Shown piece after piece: positions 1 through 15,939 of a stretch of DNA of 64,000 nucleotides; within the stretch, counting starts at the first letter, position 1; every line of letters starts with the position of its first letter. The position numbers and the translations under genes are program-made. Under the pieces are notes generated by a model that had not been told where the DNA came from, ran no database searches, and saw only the letters and a list, made by a program, of their open reading frames with translations. Origin of the DNA: Eledone cirrhosa (taxonomy: Eukaryota); assembly GCA_964016885.1 (NCBI GenBank), contig OZ024741.1, positions 12,586,001-12,650,000 on the forward strand. The letters run 5' to 3'.

Positions 1-3000
1 CATACACACACATCTACTGAGTTACATACACACATCTACTGAGTTATATACACTCACATCTACTGAGTTACATACACTCACATCTACTGAGTAACGTACA
101 CACATATCTACTGAGTTACATACACACATCTAGTGAGTTACATACACACATCTACTGAGTTACATACACACACATCTACTGAGTTACATACACACACCTC
201 TACTGAGTTACATACACACATCCACTGAGTTACATACACACACCTCTACTGAGTTACATACACACACCTCTACTGAGTTACATACACACATCCACTGAGC
301 TACATACACACACCTCTACTCAGTTACATACACACATCTACTGAGTTATATACACACATCAACTGAGTTACATACACATACATCTACTGAATTACATACA
401 TAAACATCTACTGAGTTACATACACACGCATCTACTGAGTTACATACACACATCCAGTGAGTTACATACACGCACATCTACTGAGTTACATACATACATC
501 TACTGAGTTACGTACGCTCACATCTACTGAGTTACATTCACACACATCTACAGAGTTACATATACACACATCTACTGAGTTGCATACACACATCTACTGA
601 GTTACATATACACACATCTACTGTGTTACATACACACACCTCTACTGAGTTACATACATACACATCTACTGAGTTACATACACACACATCTACTGAGTTA
701 CATACACACACATCTACTAAGTTACATACACACATCTACTGAGTTACATACACACATCTACTGAGTTACATACACACACATCTACTGAGTTACACACACA
801 TCTACTGAGTTACATATACACACATCTACTGAGTTGCATATACACATCTACTGAGTTACATATACACACATCTGCTGTGTTACATACACACACCTCTACT
901 GAGTCACATACATACACCTACTGAGTTACATACACACATCAACTGAGTTACATACACATACATCTACTGAATTACATACATACACATCTACTGAGTTACA
1001 TACACACGCATCTACTGAGTTACATACACACAGCTGCTGAGTTACATACACACACATCTACTGAGTTACATACACACACATCTACTGAGTTACATGCACA
1101 CATCTACTGAGTTACATACACACATATCTACTGAGTTACATACACACATCTACTGAGTTGCATACACACACATCTACTGAGTTACATACACACACATCTA
1201 CTGTGTTACATACACACACATCTACTGAGTCACATACATACATCTACTGAATTACATACACACACATCTACTGAGTTACATACACACGCATCTACTGAGT
1301 TACATACACACATCTACTGAATTACATACACGCACATCTACTGAGTTACATACACACACATCTACTGAGTTACATACACACACATCTACTGAGTTACATA
1401 CAGACATATCTACTGAGTTACATACACACATCTACTGAGTTACATACACGCACATCTACTGAGTTACATACACACATCTACTGAGTTATATACACACACA
1501 TCTACTGAGTTACATACATACATCTACTGAGTTACATACACACACATCTACTGAGTTACATACAAACACATCTACTGAGTTACATATACACACATTTCTG
1601 TGTTACATACACACACATCTACTGAGTTACATACACACATCTACTGAGTTATATACACTCACATCTACTGAGTTACATACACTCACATCTACTGAGTTAC
1701 ATACACACATATCTACTGAGTTACATACACACATCTAATGAGCTACATACACACATATCTACTGAGTTACATACACACATCTAGTGAGTTACATACACAC
1801 ATCTACTGAGTTACATACACACACATCTACTGAGTTACATACACACACCTCTACTGAGTTACATACACACATCCACTGTGTTACATACACGCACATCTAC
1901 TGAGTTACATACATACATCTACTGAGTTACGTACGCGCACATCTACTGAGTTACATACACACACATCTACAGAGTTACATATACACACATCTACTGAGTT
2001 GGATACACACATCTACTGAGTTACATATACACACATCTACTGTGTTACATACACACACCTCTACTGAGTTACATACATACACATCTACTGAGTTACATAC
2101 ACACACATCTACTGAGTTACATACACACACATCTACTAAGTTACATACACACATCTACTGAGTTACATACACACAAATCTACTGAGTTACATACACACAT
2201 ATCTAATGAGTTACATACACGCACATCTACTGAGTTACATACATACATCTACTGAGTTACATACAGACACATCTACTGAGTTACATACACACCTCTACTG
2301 AGTTACATACACACACCATCTACTGAGTTACATACACACACATCTTCTGAATTACATATACACACATCTACTGAGTTACATACACACACATCAACTGAGA
2401 TACATACACACATCTACAGAGTTACATACAGACACATCTACTGAGTTACATATACACATCTACTAAGCTACATACACACACATCTACTGAGTTACAGACA
2501 CACATCTACTGAGTTACATACACACATCTACTGAGTTACATACACACACATCTACTGAGTTACATACACACATCTACTGAGTTACATACACACATATCTA
2601 CTGAGTTACATATACACATATCTACCGAGTTACATACACATATCTACTGAGTTACATACACACACACAACTACTGAGTTCCATGCACACTACTCCTGAGT
2701 TACATACACTCACATCTACTGAGTACATACACTCACATCTACTGAGTTACATACACACACAACTACTGAGTTTCATGCACACATCTACTGAGTTACATAC
2801 ACACATATCTACTGAGTTACATACACACCTCTACTTAGTTACATACACACAGCTACTGAGTTGCATACATACACATCTACTGAGTTACATACACTCACAT
2901 CTACTGAGTTACATACACACACATCTACTGAATCACATACATACATCAACTAAATTACATACACACACATCTACTGAGTTACATACACACGCATCTACTG

Positions 3001-4498
3001 AGTTACATACACACTACTGCTGAGTTACATACACACACATCTACTGAGTTACATACACACACATCTACTGTGTTACATACACACACATCTACTGAGTCAC
3101 ATACATACATCTACTAAATTACATACACGCACATCTACTGAGTTACATACACACACATCTACTGAGTTACATACACGCACATCTCCTAAGTTATATACAC
3201 ACATCTACTGAGTTACATACACACACATCTACTGAGTTACATACAGACATATCTACTGAGTTACATACACACATCTACTGAGTTACATACACACACATCT
3301 ACTGAGTTACATACATACATCTACTGAGTTACATACACACACATCTACTGAGTTACATACACACACATCTACTGAGTTACATATACACACATTTACTGTG
3401 TTACATACACACACATCTACTGAGTTACATACACACATCTACTGAGTTATATACACTCACATCTACTGAGTTACATACACTCACATCTACTGAGTAACGT
3501 ACACACATATCTACTGAGTTACATACACACATCTAGTGAGTTACATACACACATCTACTGAGTTACATACACACACATCTACTGAGTTACATACACACAC
3601 CTCTACTGAGTTACATACACACATCCACTGAGTTACATACACACACCTCTACTGAGTTACATACACACACCTCTACTGAGTTACATACACACATCCACTG
3701 AGCTACATACACACACCTCTACTCAGTTACATACACACATCTACTGAGTTATATACACACATCAACTGAGTTACATACACATACATCTACTGAATTACAT
3801 ACATAAACATCTACTGAGTTACATACACACGCATCTACTGAGTTACATACACACATCCAGTGAGTTACATACACGCACATCTACTGAGTTACATACATAC
3901 ATCTACTGAGTTACGTACGCTCACATCTACTGAGTTACATTCACACACATCTACAGAGTTACATATACACACATCTACTGAGTTGCATACACACATCTAC
4001 TGAGTTACATATACACACATCTACTGTGTTACATACACACACCTCTACTGAGTTACATACATACACATCTACTGAGTTACATACACACACATCTACTGAG
4101 TTACATACACACACATCTACTAAGTTACATACACACATCTACTGAGTTACATACACACATCTACTGAGTTACATACACACACATCTACTGAGTTACACAC
4201 ACATCTACTGAGTTACATATACACACATCTACTGAGTTGCATATACACATCTACTGAGTTACATATACACACATCTGCTGTGTTACATACACACACCTCT
4301 ACTGAGTCACATACATACACCTACTGAGTTACATACACACATCAACTGAGTTACATACACATACATCTACTGAATTACATACATACACATCTACTGAGTT
4401 ACATACACACGCATCTACTGAGTTACATACACACAGCTGCTGAGTTACATACACACACATCTACTGAGTTACATACACACACATCTACTGAGTTACAT
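1..4498 (+). repeat. Internal duplication: ~1-1095 repeated at ~3404-4498 (offset 3403)
   Basis: Rare variants keep a constant offset: GTAACGT at 91/3494 and CAGCTG at 1031/4434. The copies diverge at ~1095 (TACATG vs TACATA). Confidence 0.88.
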
Positions 4499-7400
4499 AC
4501 ATACACATCTACTGAGTTACATACACACACATCTACTGAGTTACATACACACACATCTACTGAGTTGCATATACACACATCTACTGAGTTACATATACAC
4601 ACATCTACTGAGTTACATACACACAAATCTACTGAGTTACATACACACACATCAACTGAGATACATACACACATCTACAGAGTTACATACACACACATCT
4701 ACTGACTTTCATATACACACATCTACTGAGTTAAATACACACACATCTACTGAGTTACATACACAAACACCTACCGAGTTACATACACACACATCTACTG
4801 TGTTACATACACACATCTACTGAGTCACATACATACATCTACTGAATTACATACACACACATCGACTGAGTTACATACACACGCATCTACTGAGTTACAT
4901 ACACACATCTACTGAATTACATAAACGCACATTTACTGAGTTACATACACACACATCTACTGAGTTACATACACACACATCTCCTAAGTTACATACACAC
5001 ATCTACTGAGTTACATACATACACATCTATTGAGTTACATACACACACATCTACTGAGTTACATACACACAAATCTACTGAGTTACATACACAAACATCT
5101 ACTGAGTTATATACACACACATCTACTACGTTACATACACACATCTACTGAGTTACATACACACATCTACTGAGTTACATACACACACATCTACTGAGTT
5201 ACACACACATCTACTGAGTTACATATACACACATCTACTGAGTTGCATACACACATCTACTGAGTTACATATACACACATCTGCTGTGTTACATACACAC
5301 ACCTCTACTGAGTCACATACATACACCTACTGAGTTACATACACACATCAACTGAGTTACATACACATACATCTACTGAATTACATACATACACATCTAC
5401 TGAGATACATACACACGCATCTACTGAGTTACATACACACAGCTGCTGAGTTACATACACACACATCTACTGAGTTACATACACACACATCTACTGAGTT
5501 ACATACATACACATCTACTGAGTTACATACACACATCTACTGAGTTACATACACACATATCTACTGAGTTACATATACACATATCTACCGAGTTACATAC
5601 ACATATCTACTGAGTTACATACACACACACAACTACTGAGTTCCATGCACACTACTCCTGAGTTACATACACTCACATCTACTGAGTACATACACTCACA
5701 TCTACTGAGTTACATACACACACATCTACTGAGTTACATACACATATCTACTGAGTTACATACACACACAACTACTGAGTTACATGCACACATCTGCTGA
5801 GTTACATACACACATATCTACTGAGTTACATACACACCTCTACTTAGTTACATACACACATCTACTGAGTTGCATACATACACATCTACTGAGTTACATA
5901 CACTCACATCTACTGAGTTACATACACACACATCTACTGAATCACATACATACATCAACTAAATTACATACACACACATCTACTGAGTTACATACACACG
6001 CATCTACTGAGTTACATACACACTACTGCTGAGTTACATACACACACATCTACTGAGTTACATACACACACATCTACTGTGTTACATACACACACATCTA
6101 CTGAGTCACATACATACATATACTGAATTACATACACGCACATCTACTGAGTTACATACACACACATCTACTGAGTTACATACACACACATCTCCTAAGT
6201 TATATACACACATCTACTGAGTTACATACACACACATCTACTGAGTTACATACAGACATATCTACTGAGTTACATACACACATCTACTGAGTTACATACA
6301 CGCACATCTACTGAGTTACATACACACATCTACTGAGTTACATACACACACATCTACTGAGTTACATACATACATCTACTGAGTTACATACACACACATC
6401 TACTGAGTTACATACACACACATCTACTGAGTTACATATACACACATCTACTGTGTTACATACACACACATCTACTGAGTTACATACACACATCTACTGA
6501 GTTATATACACTCACATCTACTGAGTTACATACACTCACATCTACTGAGTAACGTACACACATATCTACTGAGTTACATACACACATCTAGTGAGTTACA
6601 TACACACATCTACTGAGTTACATACACACACATCTACTGAGTTACATACACACACCTCTACTGAGTTACATACACACATCCACTGAGTTACATACACACA
6701 CCTCTACTGAGTTACATACACACACCTCTACTGAGTTACATACACACATCCACTGAGCTACATACACACACCTCTACTCAGTTACATACACACATCTACT
6801 GAGTTATATACACACATCAACTGAGTTACATACACATACATCTACTGAATTACATACATACACATCTACTGAGTTACATACACACGCATCTACTGAGTTA
6901 CATACACACATCCAGTGAGTTACATACACGCACATCTACTGAGTTACATACATACATCTACTGAGTTACGTACGCTCACATCTACTGAGTTACATTCACA
7001 CACATCTACAGAGTTACATATACACACATCTACTGAGGTGCATATACACATCTACTGAGTTACATATACACACATCTACTGTGTTACATACACACACCTC
7101 TACTGAGTTACATACATACACATCTACTGAGTTACATACACACACATCTACTGAGTTACATACACACACATCTACTAAGTTACATACACACATCTACTGA
7201 GTTACATACACACATCTACTGAGTTACATACACACACATCTACTGAGTTACATATACACACATCTACTGAGTTGCATACACACATCTACTGAGTTACATA
7301 TACACACATCTGCTGTGTTACATACACACACCTCTACTGAGTCACATACATACACCTACTGAGTTACATACACACATCAACTGAGTTACATACACATACA

Positions 7401-8150
7401 TCTACTGAATTACATACATACACATCTACTGAGTTACATACACACGCATCTACTGAGTTACATACACACAGCTGCTGAGTTACATACACACACATCTACT
7501 GAGTTACATACACACACATCTACTGAGTTACATACATACACATCTACTGAGTTACATACACACACATCTACTGAGTTACATACACACACATCTACTGATT
7601 TGCATATACACACATCTACTGAGTTACATATACACACATCTACTGAGTTACATACACACAAATCTACTGAGTTACATACACACACATCAACTGAGATACA
7701 TACACACATCTACAGAGTTACATACACACACATCTACTGACTTTCATATACACACATCTACTGAGTTAAATACACACACATCTACTGAGTTACATACACA
7801 AACACCTACCGAGTTACATACACACACATCTACTGTGTTACATACACACATCTACTGAGTCACATACATACATCTACTGAATTACATACACACACATCGA
7901 CTGAGTTACATACACACGCATCTACTGAGTTACATACACACATCTACTGAATTACATACACGCACATTTACTGAGTTACATACACACACATCTACTGAGT
8001 TACATACACACACATCTCCTAAGTTACATACACACATCTACTGAGTTACATACATACACATCTATTGAGTTACATACACACACATCTACTGAGTTACATA
8101 CACACAAATCTACTGAGTTACATACACAAACATCTACTGAGTTATATACA
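2560..8150 (+). repeat. Imperfect ~3.0-kb tandem higher-order duplication (~2560-5110 vs ~5520-8150)
   Basis: GTAACGT at 3494/6549 and TTCCATGCAC at 2678/5641. Near-identical ORF translations at 4423/7458 (offset 3035). The offset drifts between ~2960 and ~3060 through monomer gain and loss. Confidence 0.8.
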
Positions 8151-8213
8151 CACACATCTACTGAGTTACATACACACACATCTACTGAGTTACATATACA
8201 CACATCTACTGAG

Positions 8214-11200
8214 TTACATACACACATCTACTGAGTTACATACACACACATCTACTGAGTTATATACACACATATCTACTGAGTTACATACACACACATC
8301 TATTGAGTTACATACACACACATCTACTGTGTCAAATACATACACATCTACTGAGTTACATACACACATCTACTGAATTACGTACACACACATCTACTGA
8401 GTTACATACACACGCATCTACTGAGTTACATACACACATCTGCTGAGTTAGATACACACACATCTACTGAGTTACATACACACACATCCACTGAGTTACA
8501 TACATACACATCTACTTAGTTACATACACACACATCTACTGAGTTAAATACACACACATCTACTGCGTTACATATACACACATCCACTGAGTTACATACA
8601 CACACCTCTACTGAGTGACATACACACATCTACTGAGTTACATACACGCACATCTACTGAGTTAGATACACACACATCTACTGAGTTACATACACACACA
8701 TCCACTGAGTTACATACATACACATCTACTTAGTTACATACACACACATCTACTTAGTTACATACACCGACATATACTGTGTTACATATACACACATCTA
8801 CTGAGTTACATACACACAAATCTACTGAGTTACCTACACACACATCTAATGAGTTACATACACGCACATCTTCTGAATTACATATACACACATCTACTGA
8901 GTTACATACACACACATCAACTGAGATACATACACACATCTACAGAGTTACATACAGACACATCTACTGAGTTACATATACACATCTACTAAGCTACATA
9001 TACACACATCTACTGACTTACAGACACACATCTACTGAGTTACATACACACATCTACTGAGTTACATACACACACATCTACTGAGTTACATACATACATC
9101 TACTGAGTTACATACATACACATCTACTGAGTTATATAAACACACATCTACTGAGTTACATACACACACATCTACTGACTTTCATATACACACATCTACT
9201 GAGTTAAATACACACACATCTACTGAGTTACATACACAAACACCTACCGAGTTACATACACACACATCTACTGTGTTACATACACACATCTACTGAGTCA
9301 CATACATACATCTACTGAATTACATACACACACATCGACTGAGTTACATACACACGCATCTACTGAGTTACATACACACATCTACTGAATTACATACACG
9401 CACATTTACTGAGTTACATACACACACATCTACTGAGTTACATACACACACATCTCCTAATTTACATACACACATCTACTGAGTTACATACATACACATC
9501 TATTGAGTTACATACACACACATCTACTGAGTTACATACACACAAATCTACTGAGTTACATACACAAACATCTACTGAGTTATATACACACACATCTACT
9601 GAGTTACATACACACACATCTACTGAGTTACATATACACACATCTACTGAGTTACATACACACATCTACTGAGTTACATACATACACATCTACTGAGTTA
9701 CGTACGCTCACATCTACTGAGTTACATACACTCACATCTACTGAGTTACATACACACATCTACTGAGTTACATACACTCACATCTACTGAATTACATACA
9801 CACATCTACTGAGTTACATACACACACATCTACTGAGTTATATACACACATATCTACTGAGTTACATACACATACATCTATTGAGTTACATACACACACA
9901 TCTACTGTGTCAAATACATACACATCTACTGAGTTACATACACACATCTACTGAATTACGTACACACACATCTACTGAGTTACATACACACGCATCTACT
10001 GAGTTACATACACACATCTGCTGAGTTAGATACACACACATCTACTGAGTTACATACACACACATCCACTGAGTTACATACATACACATCTACTTAGTTA
10101 CATACACACACATCTACTGAGTTAAATACACACACATCTACTGCGTTACATATACACACATCCACTGAGTTACATACACACACCTCTACTGAGTGACATA
10201 CACACATCTACTGAGTTACATACACGCACATCTACTGAGTTAGATACACACACATCTACTGAGTTACATACACACACATCCACTGAGTTACATACATACA
10301 CATCTACTTAGTTACATACACACACATCTACTTAGTTACATACACCGACATCTACTGTGTTACATATACACACATCTACTGAGTTACATACACACAAATC
10401 TACTGAGTTACCTACACACACATCTAATGAGTTACATACACGCACATCTTCTGAATTACATATACACACATCTACTGAGTTACATACACACACATCAACT
10501 GAGATACATACACACATCTACAGAGTTACATACAGACACATCTACTGAGTTACATATACACATCTACTAAGCTACATATACACACATCTACTGAGTTACA
10601 GACACACATCTACTGAGTTACATACACACATCTACTGAGTTACATACACACACATCTACTGAGTTACATACATACATCTACTGAGTTACATACATACACA
10701 TCTACTGAGTTATATAAACACACATCTACTGAGTTACATACACACACATCTACTGACTTTCATATACACACATCTACTGAGTTAAATACACACACATCTA
10801 CTGAGTTACATACACAAACACCTACCGAGTTACATACACACACATCTACTGTGTTACATACACACATCTACTGAGTCACATACATACATCTACTGAATTA
10901 CATACACACACATCGACTGAGTTACATACACACGCATCTACTGAGTTACATACACACATCTACTGAATTACATACACGCACATTTACTGAGTTACATACA
11001 CACACATCTACTGAGTTACATACACACACATCTCCTAAGTTACATACACACATCTACTGAGTTACATACATACACATCTATTGAGTTACATACACACACA
11101 TCTACTGAGTTACATACACACAAATCTACTGAGTTACATACACAAACATCTACTGAGTTATATACACACACATCTACTGAGTTACATACACACACATCTA

Positions 11201-11989
11201 CTGAGTTACATATACACACATCTACTGAGTTACATACACACATCTACTGAGTTACATACATACACATCTACTGAGTTACGTACGCTCACATCTACTGAGT
11301 TACATACACTCACATCTACTGAGTTACATACACACATCTACTGAGTTACATACACTCACATCTACTGAATTACATACACACATCTACTGAGTTACATACA
11401 CACACATCTACTGAGTTATATACACACATATCTACTGAGTTACATACACACACATCTATTGAGTTACATACACACACATCTACTGTGTCAAATACATACA
11501 CATCTACTGAGTTACATACACACATCTACTGAATTACGTACACACACATCTACTGAGTTACATACACACGCATCTACTGAGTTACATACACACATCTGCT
11601 GAGTTAGATACACACACATCTACTGAGTTACATACACACACATCCACTGAGTTACATACATACACATCTACTTAGTTACATACACACACATCTACTGAGT
11701 TAAATACACACACATCTACTGCGTTACATATACACACATCCACTGAGTTACATACACACACCTCTACTGAGTGACATACACACATCTACTGAGTTACATA
11801 CACGCACATCTACTGAGTTAGATACACACACATCTACTGAGTTACATACACACACATCCACTGAGTTACATACATACACATCTACTTAGTTACATACACA
11901 CACATCTACTTAGTTACATACACCGACATCTACTGTGTTACATATACACACATCTACTGAGTTACATACACACAAATCTACTGAGTTAC
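8214..11989 (+). repeat. 1578-bp higher-order repeat, ~2.4 tandem copies
   Basis: GTCAAAT at 8331/9909/11487, CACCGAC at 8765/10343/11921 and CTTTCAT at 9179/10757. ORF pairs 8754/10332, 9462/11040 and 9503/11081 are all offset by 1578. Confidence 0.93.
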
Positions 11990-13148
11990 ATACACACCTC
12001 TACTGAGTTACATACACACACCATCTACTGAGTTACATACACACACATCAACTGAGATACATACACACATCTACAGAGTTACATACAGACACATCTACTG
12101 AGTTACATATACACACCTACTAAGCTACATATACACACATCTACTGAGTTACAGACACACATCTACTGAGTTACATACACACATCTACTGAGTTACATAC
12201 ACACACATCTACTGAGTTACATACACACATATTTACTGAGTTACATACACACATCTAATGAGCTACATACACACATATCTACTGAGTTACATACACACAT
12301 CTAGTGAGTTACATACACACATCTACTGAGTTACATACACACACATCTACTGAGTTACATACACGCACATCTACTGAGTTACATACATACATCTACTGAG
12401 TTACGTACGCTCACATCTACTGAGTTACATACACACACATCTACAGAGTTACATATACACACCTCCACTGAGTTGGATACACACATCTACTGAGTTACAT
12501 ATACACACATCTACTGTGTTACATACACACACATCTACTAAGTTACATACACACATCTACTGAGTTACATACACACAAATCTACTGAGTTACATACACAC
12601 ACATCTAATGAGTTACATACACGCACATCTACTGAGTTACATACATACATCTACTGAGTTACATACAGACACATCTACTGAGTTACATACACACCTCTAC
12701 TGAGTTACATACACACACCATCTACTGAGTTACATACACACACATCTTCTGAATTACATATACACACATCTACTGAGTTACATACACACACATCAACTGA
12801 GATACATACACACATCTACAGAGTTACATACAGACACATCTACTGAGTTACATATACACATCTACTAAGCTACATACACACACATCTACTGAGATACAGA
12901 CACACATCTACTGAGTTACATACACACATCTACTGAGTTACATACACACACATCTACTGAGTTACATATACACATATCTACCGAGTTACATACACATATC
13001 TACTGAGTTACATACACTCACACAACTACTGAGTTCCATGCACACTACTCCTGAGTTACATACACTCACATCTACTGAGTTACATACACTCACATCTACT
13101 GAGTTACATACACACACATCTACTGAGTTACATACACATATCTACTGA

Positions 13149-15939
13149 GTTACATACACACACATCTACTGAGTCACATACATACATCTACTGAATTACA
13201 TACACACACATCTACTGAGTTACATACACACGCATCTACTGAGTTACATACACACATCTACTGAATTACATACACGCACATCTACTGAGTTACATACACA
13301 CACATCTACTGAGTTACATACACACACATCTACTGAGTTACATACAGACATATCTACTGAGTTACATACACACATCTACTGAGTTACATACACGCACATC
13401 TACTGAGTTACATACACACATCTACTGAGTTATATACACACACATCTACTGAGTTACATACATACATCTACTGAGTTACATACACACACATCTACTGAGT
13501 TACATACAAACACATCTACTGAGTTACATATACACACATTTCTGTGTTACATACACACACATCTACTGAGTTACATACACACATCTACTGAGTTATATAC
13601 ACTCACATCTACTGAGTTACATACACTCACATCTACTGAGTTACATACACACATATCTACTGAGTTACATACACACATCTAATGAGCTACATACACACAT
13701 ATCTACTGAGTTACATACACACATCTAGTGAGTTACATACACACATCTACTGAGTTACATACACACACATCTACTGAGTTACATACACACACCTCTACTG
13801 AGTTACATACACACATCCACTGTGTTACATACACGCACATCTACTGAGTTACATACATACATCTACTGAGTTACGTACGCGCACATCTACTGAGTTACAT
13901 ACACACACATCTACAGAGTTACATATACACACATCTACTGAGTTGGATACACACATCTACTGAGTTACATATACACACATCTACTGTGTTACATACACAC
14001 ACCTCTACTGAGTTACATACATACACATCTACTGAGTTACATACACACACATCTACTGAGTTACATACACACACATCTACTAAGTTACATACACACATCT
14101 ACTGAGTTACATACACACAAATCTACTGAGTTACATACACACATATCTAATGAGTTACATACACGCACATCTACTGAGTTACATACATACATCTACTGAG
14201 TTACATACAGACACATCTACTGAGTTACATACACACCTCTACTGAGTTACATACACACACCATCTACTGAGTTACATACACACACATCTTCTGAATTACA
14301 TATACACACATCTACTGAGTTACATACACACACATCAACTGAGATACATACACACATCTACAGAGTTACATACAGACACATCTACTGAGTTACATATACA
14401 CATCTACTAAGCTACATACACACACATCTACTGAGTTACAGACACACATCTACTGAGTTACATACACACATCTACTGAGTTACATACACACACATCTACT
14501 GAGTTACATACACACATCTACTGAGTTACATACACACATATCTACTGAGTTACATATACACATATCTACCGAGTTACATACACATATCTACTGAGTTACA
14601 TACACACACACAACTACTGAGTTCCATGCACACTACTCCTGAGTTACATACACTCACATCTACTGAGTACATACACTCACATCTACTGAGTTACATACAC
14701 ACACAACTACTGAGTTTCATGCACACATCTACTGAGTTACATACACACATATCTACTGAGTTACATACACACCTCTACTTAGTTACATACACACAGCTAC
14801 TGAGTTGCATACATACACATCTACTGAGTTACATACACTCACATCTACTGAGTTACATACACACACATCTACTGAATCACATACATACATCAACTAAATT
14901 ACATACACACACATCTACTGAGTTACATACACACGCATCTACTGAGTTACATACACACTACTGCTGAGTTACATACACACACATCTACTGAGTTACATAC
15001 ACACACATCTACTGTGTTACATACACACACATCTACTGAGTCACATACATACATCTACTAAATTACATACACGCACATCTACTGAGTTACATACACACAC
15101 ATCTACTGAGTTACATACACGCACATCTCCTAAGTTATATACACACATCTACTGAGTTACATACACACACATCTACTGAGTTACATACAGACATATCTAC
15201 TGAGTTACATACACACATCTACTGAGTTACATACACACACATCTACTGAGTTACATACATACATCTACTGAGTTACATACACACACATCTACTGAGTTAC
15301 ATACACACACATCTACTGAGTTACATATACACACATTTACTGTGTTACATACACACACATCTACTGAGTTACATACACACATCTACTGAGTTATATACAC
15401 TCACATCTACTGAGTTACATACACTCACATCTACTGAGTTACGTACACACATATCTACTGAGTTACATACACACATCTAGTGAGTTACATACACACATCT
15501 ACTGAGTTACATACACACACATCTACTGAGTTACATACACACACCTCTACTGAGTTACATCCACACATCCACTGAGTTACATACACACACCTCTACTGAG
15601 TTACATACACACACCTCTACTGAGTTACATACACACATCCACTGAGCTACATACACACACCTCTACTCAGTTACATACACACATCTACTGAGTTATATAC
15701 ACACATCAACTGAGTTACATACACATACATCTACTGAATTACATACATACACATCTACTGAGTTACATACACACGCATCTACTGAGTTCCATACACACAT
15801 CCAGTGAGTTACATACACGCACATCTACTGAGTTACATACATACATCTACTGAGTTACGTACGCTCACATCTACTGAGTTACATTCACACACATCTACAG
15901 AGTTACATATACACACATCTACTGAGTTGCATACACACA
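13149..15939 (+). repeat. Distant ~2.8-kb copy of ~1205-3995 (offset 11,944)
   Basis: Private deletion variant CACATTTCTG at 1591/13535, TTCCATG at 2678/14622, and identical 113-aa ORF translations at 2682/14626. Confidence 0.92.
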
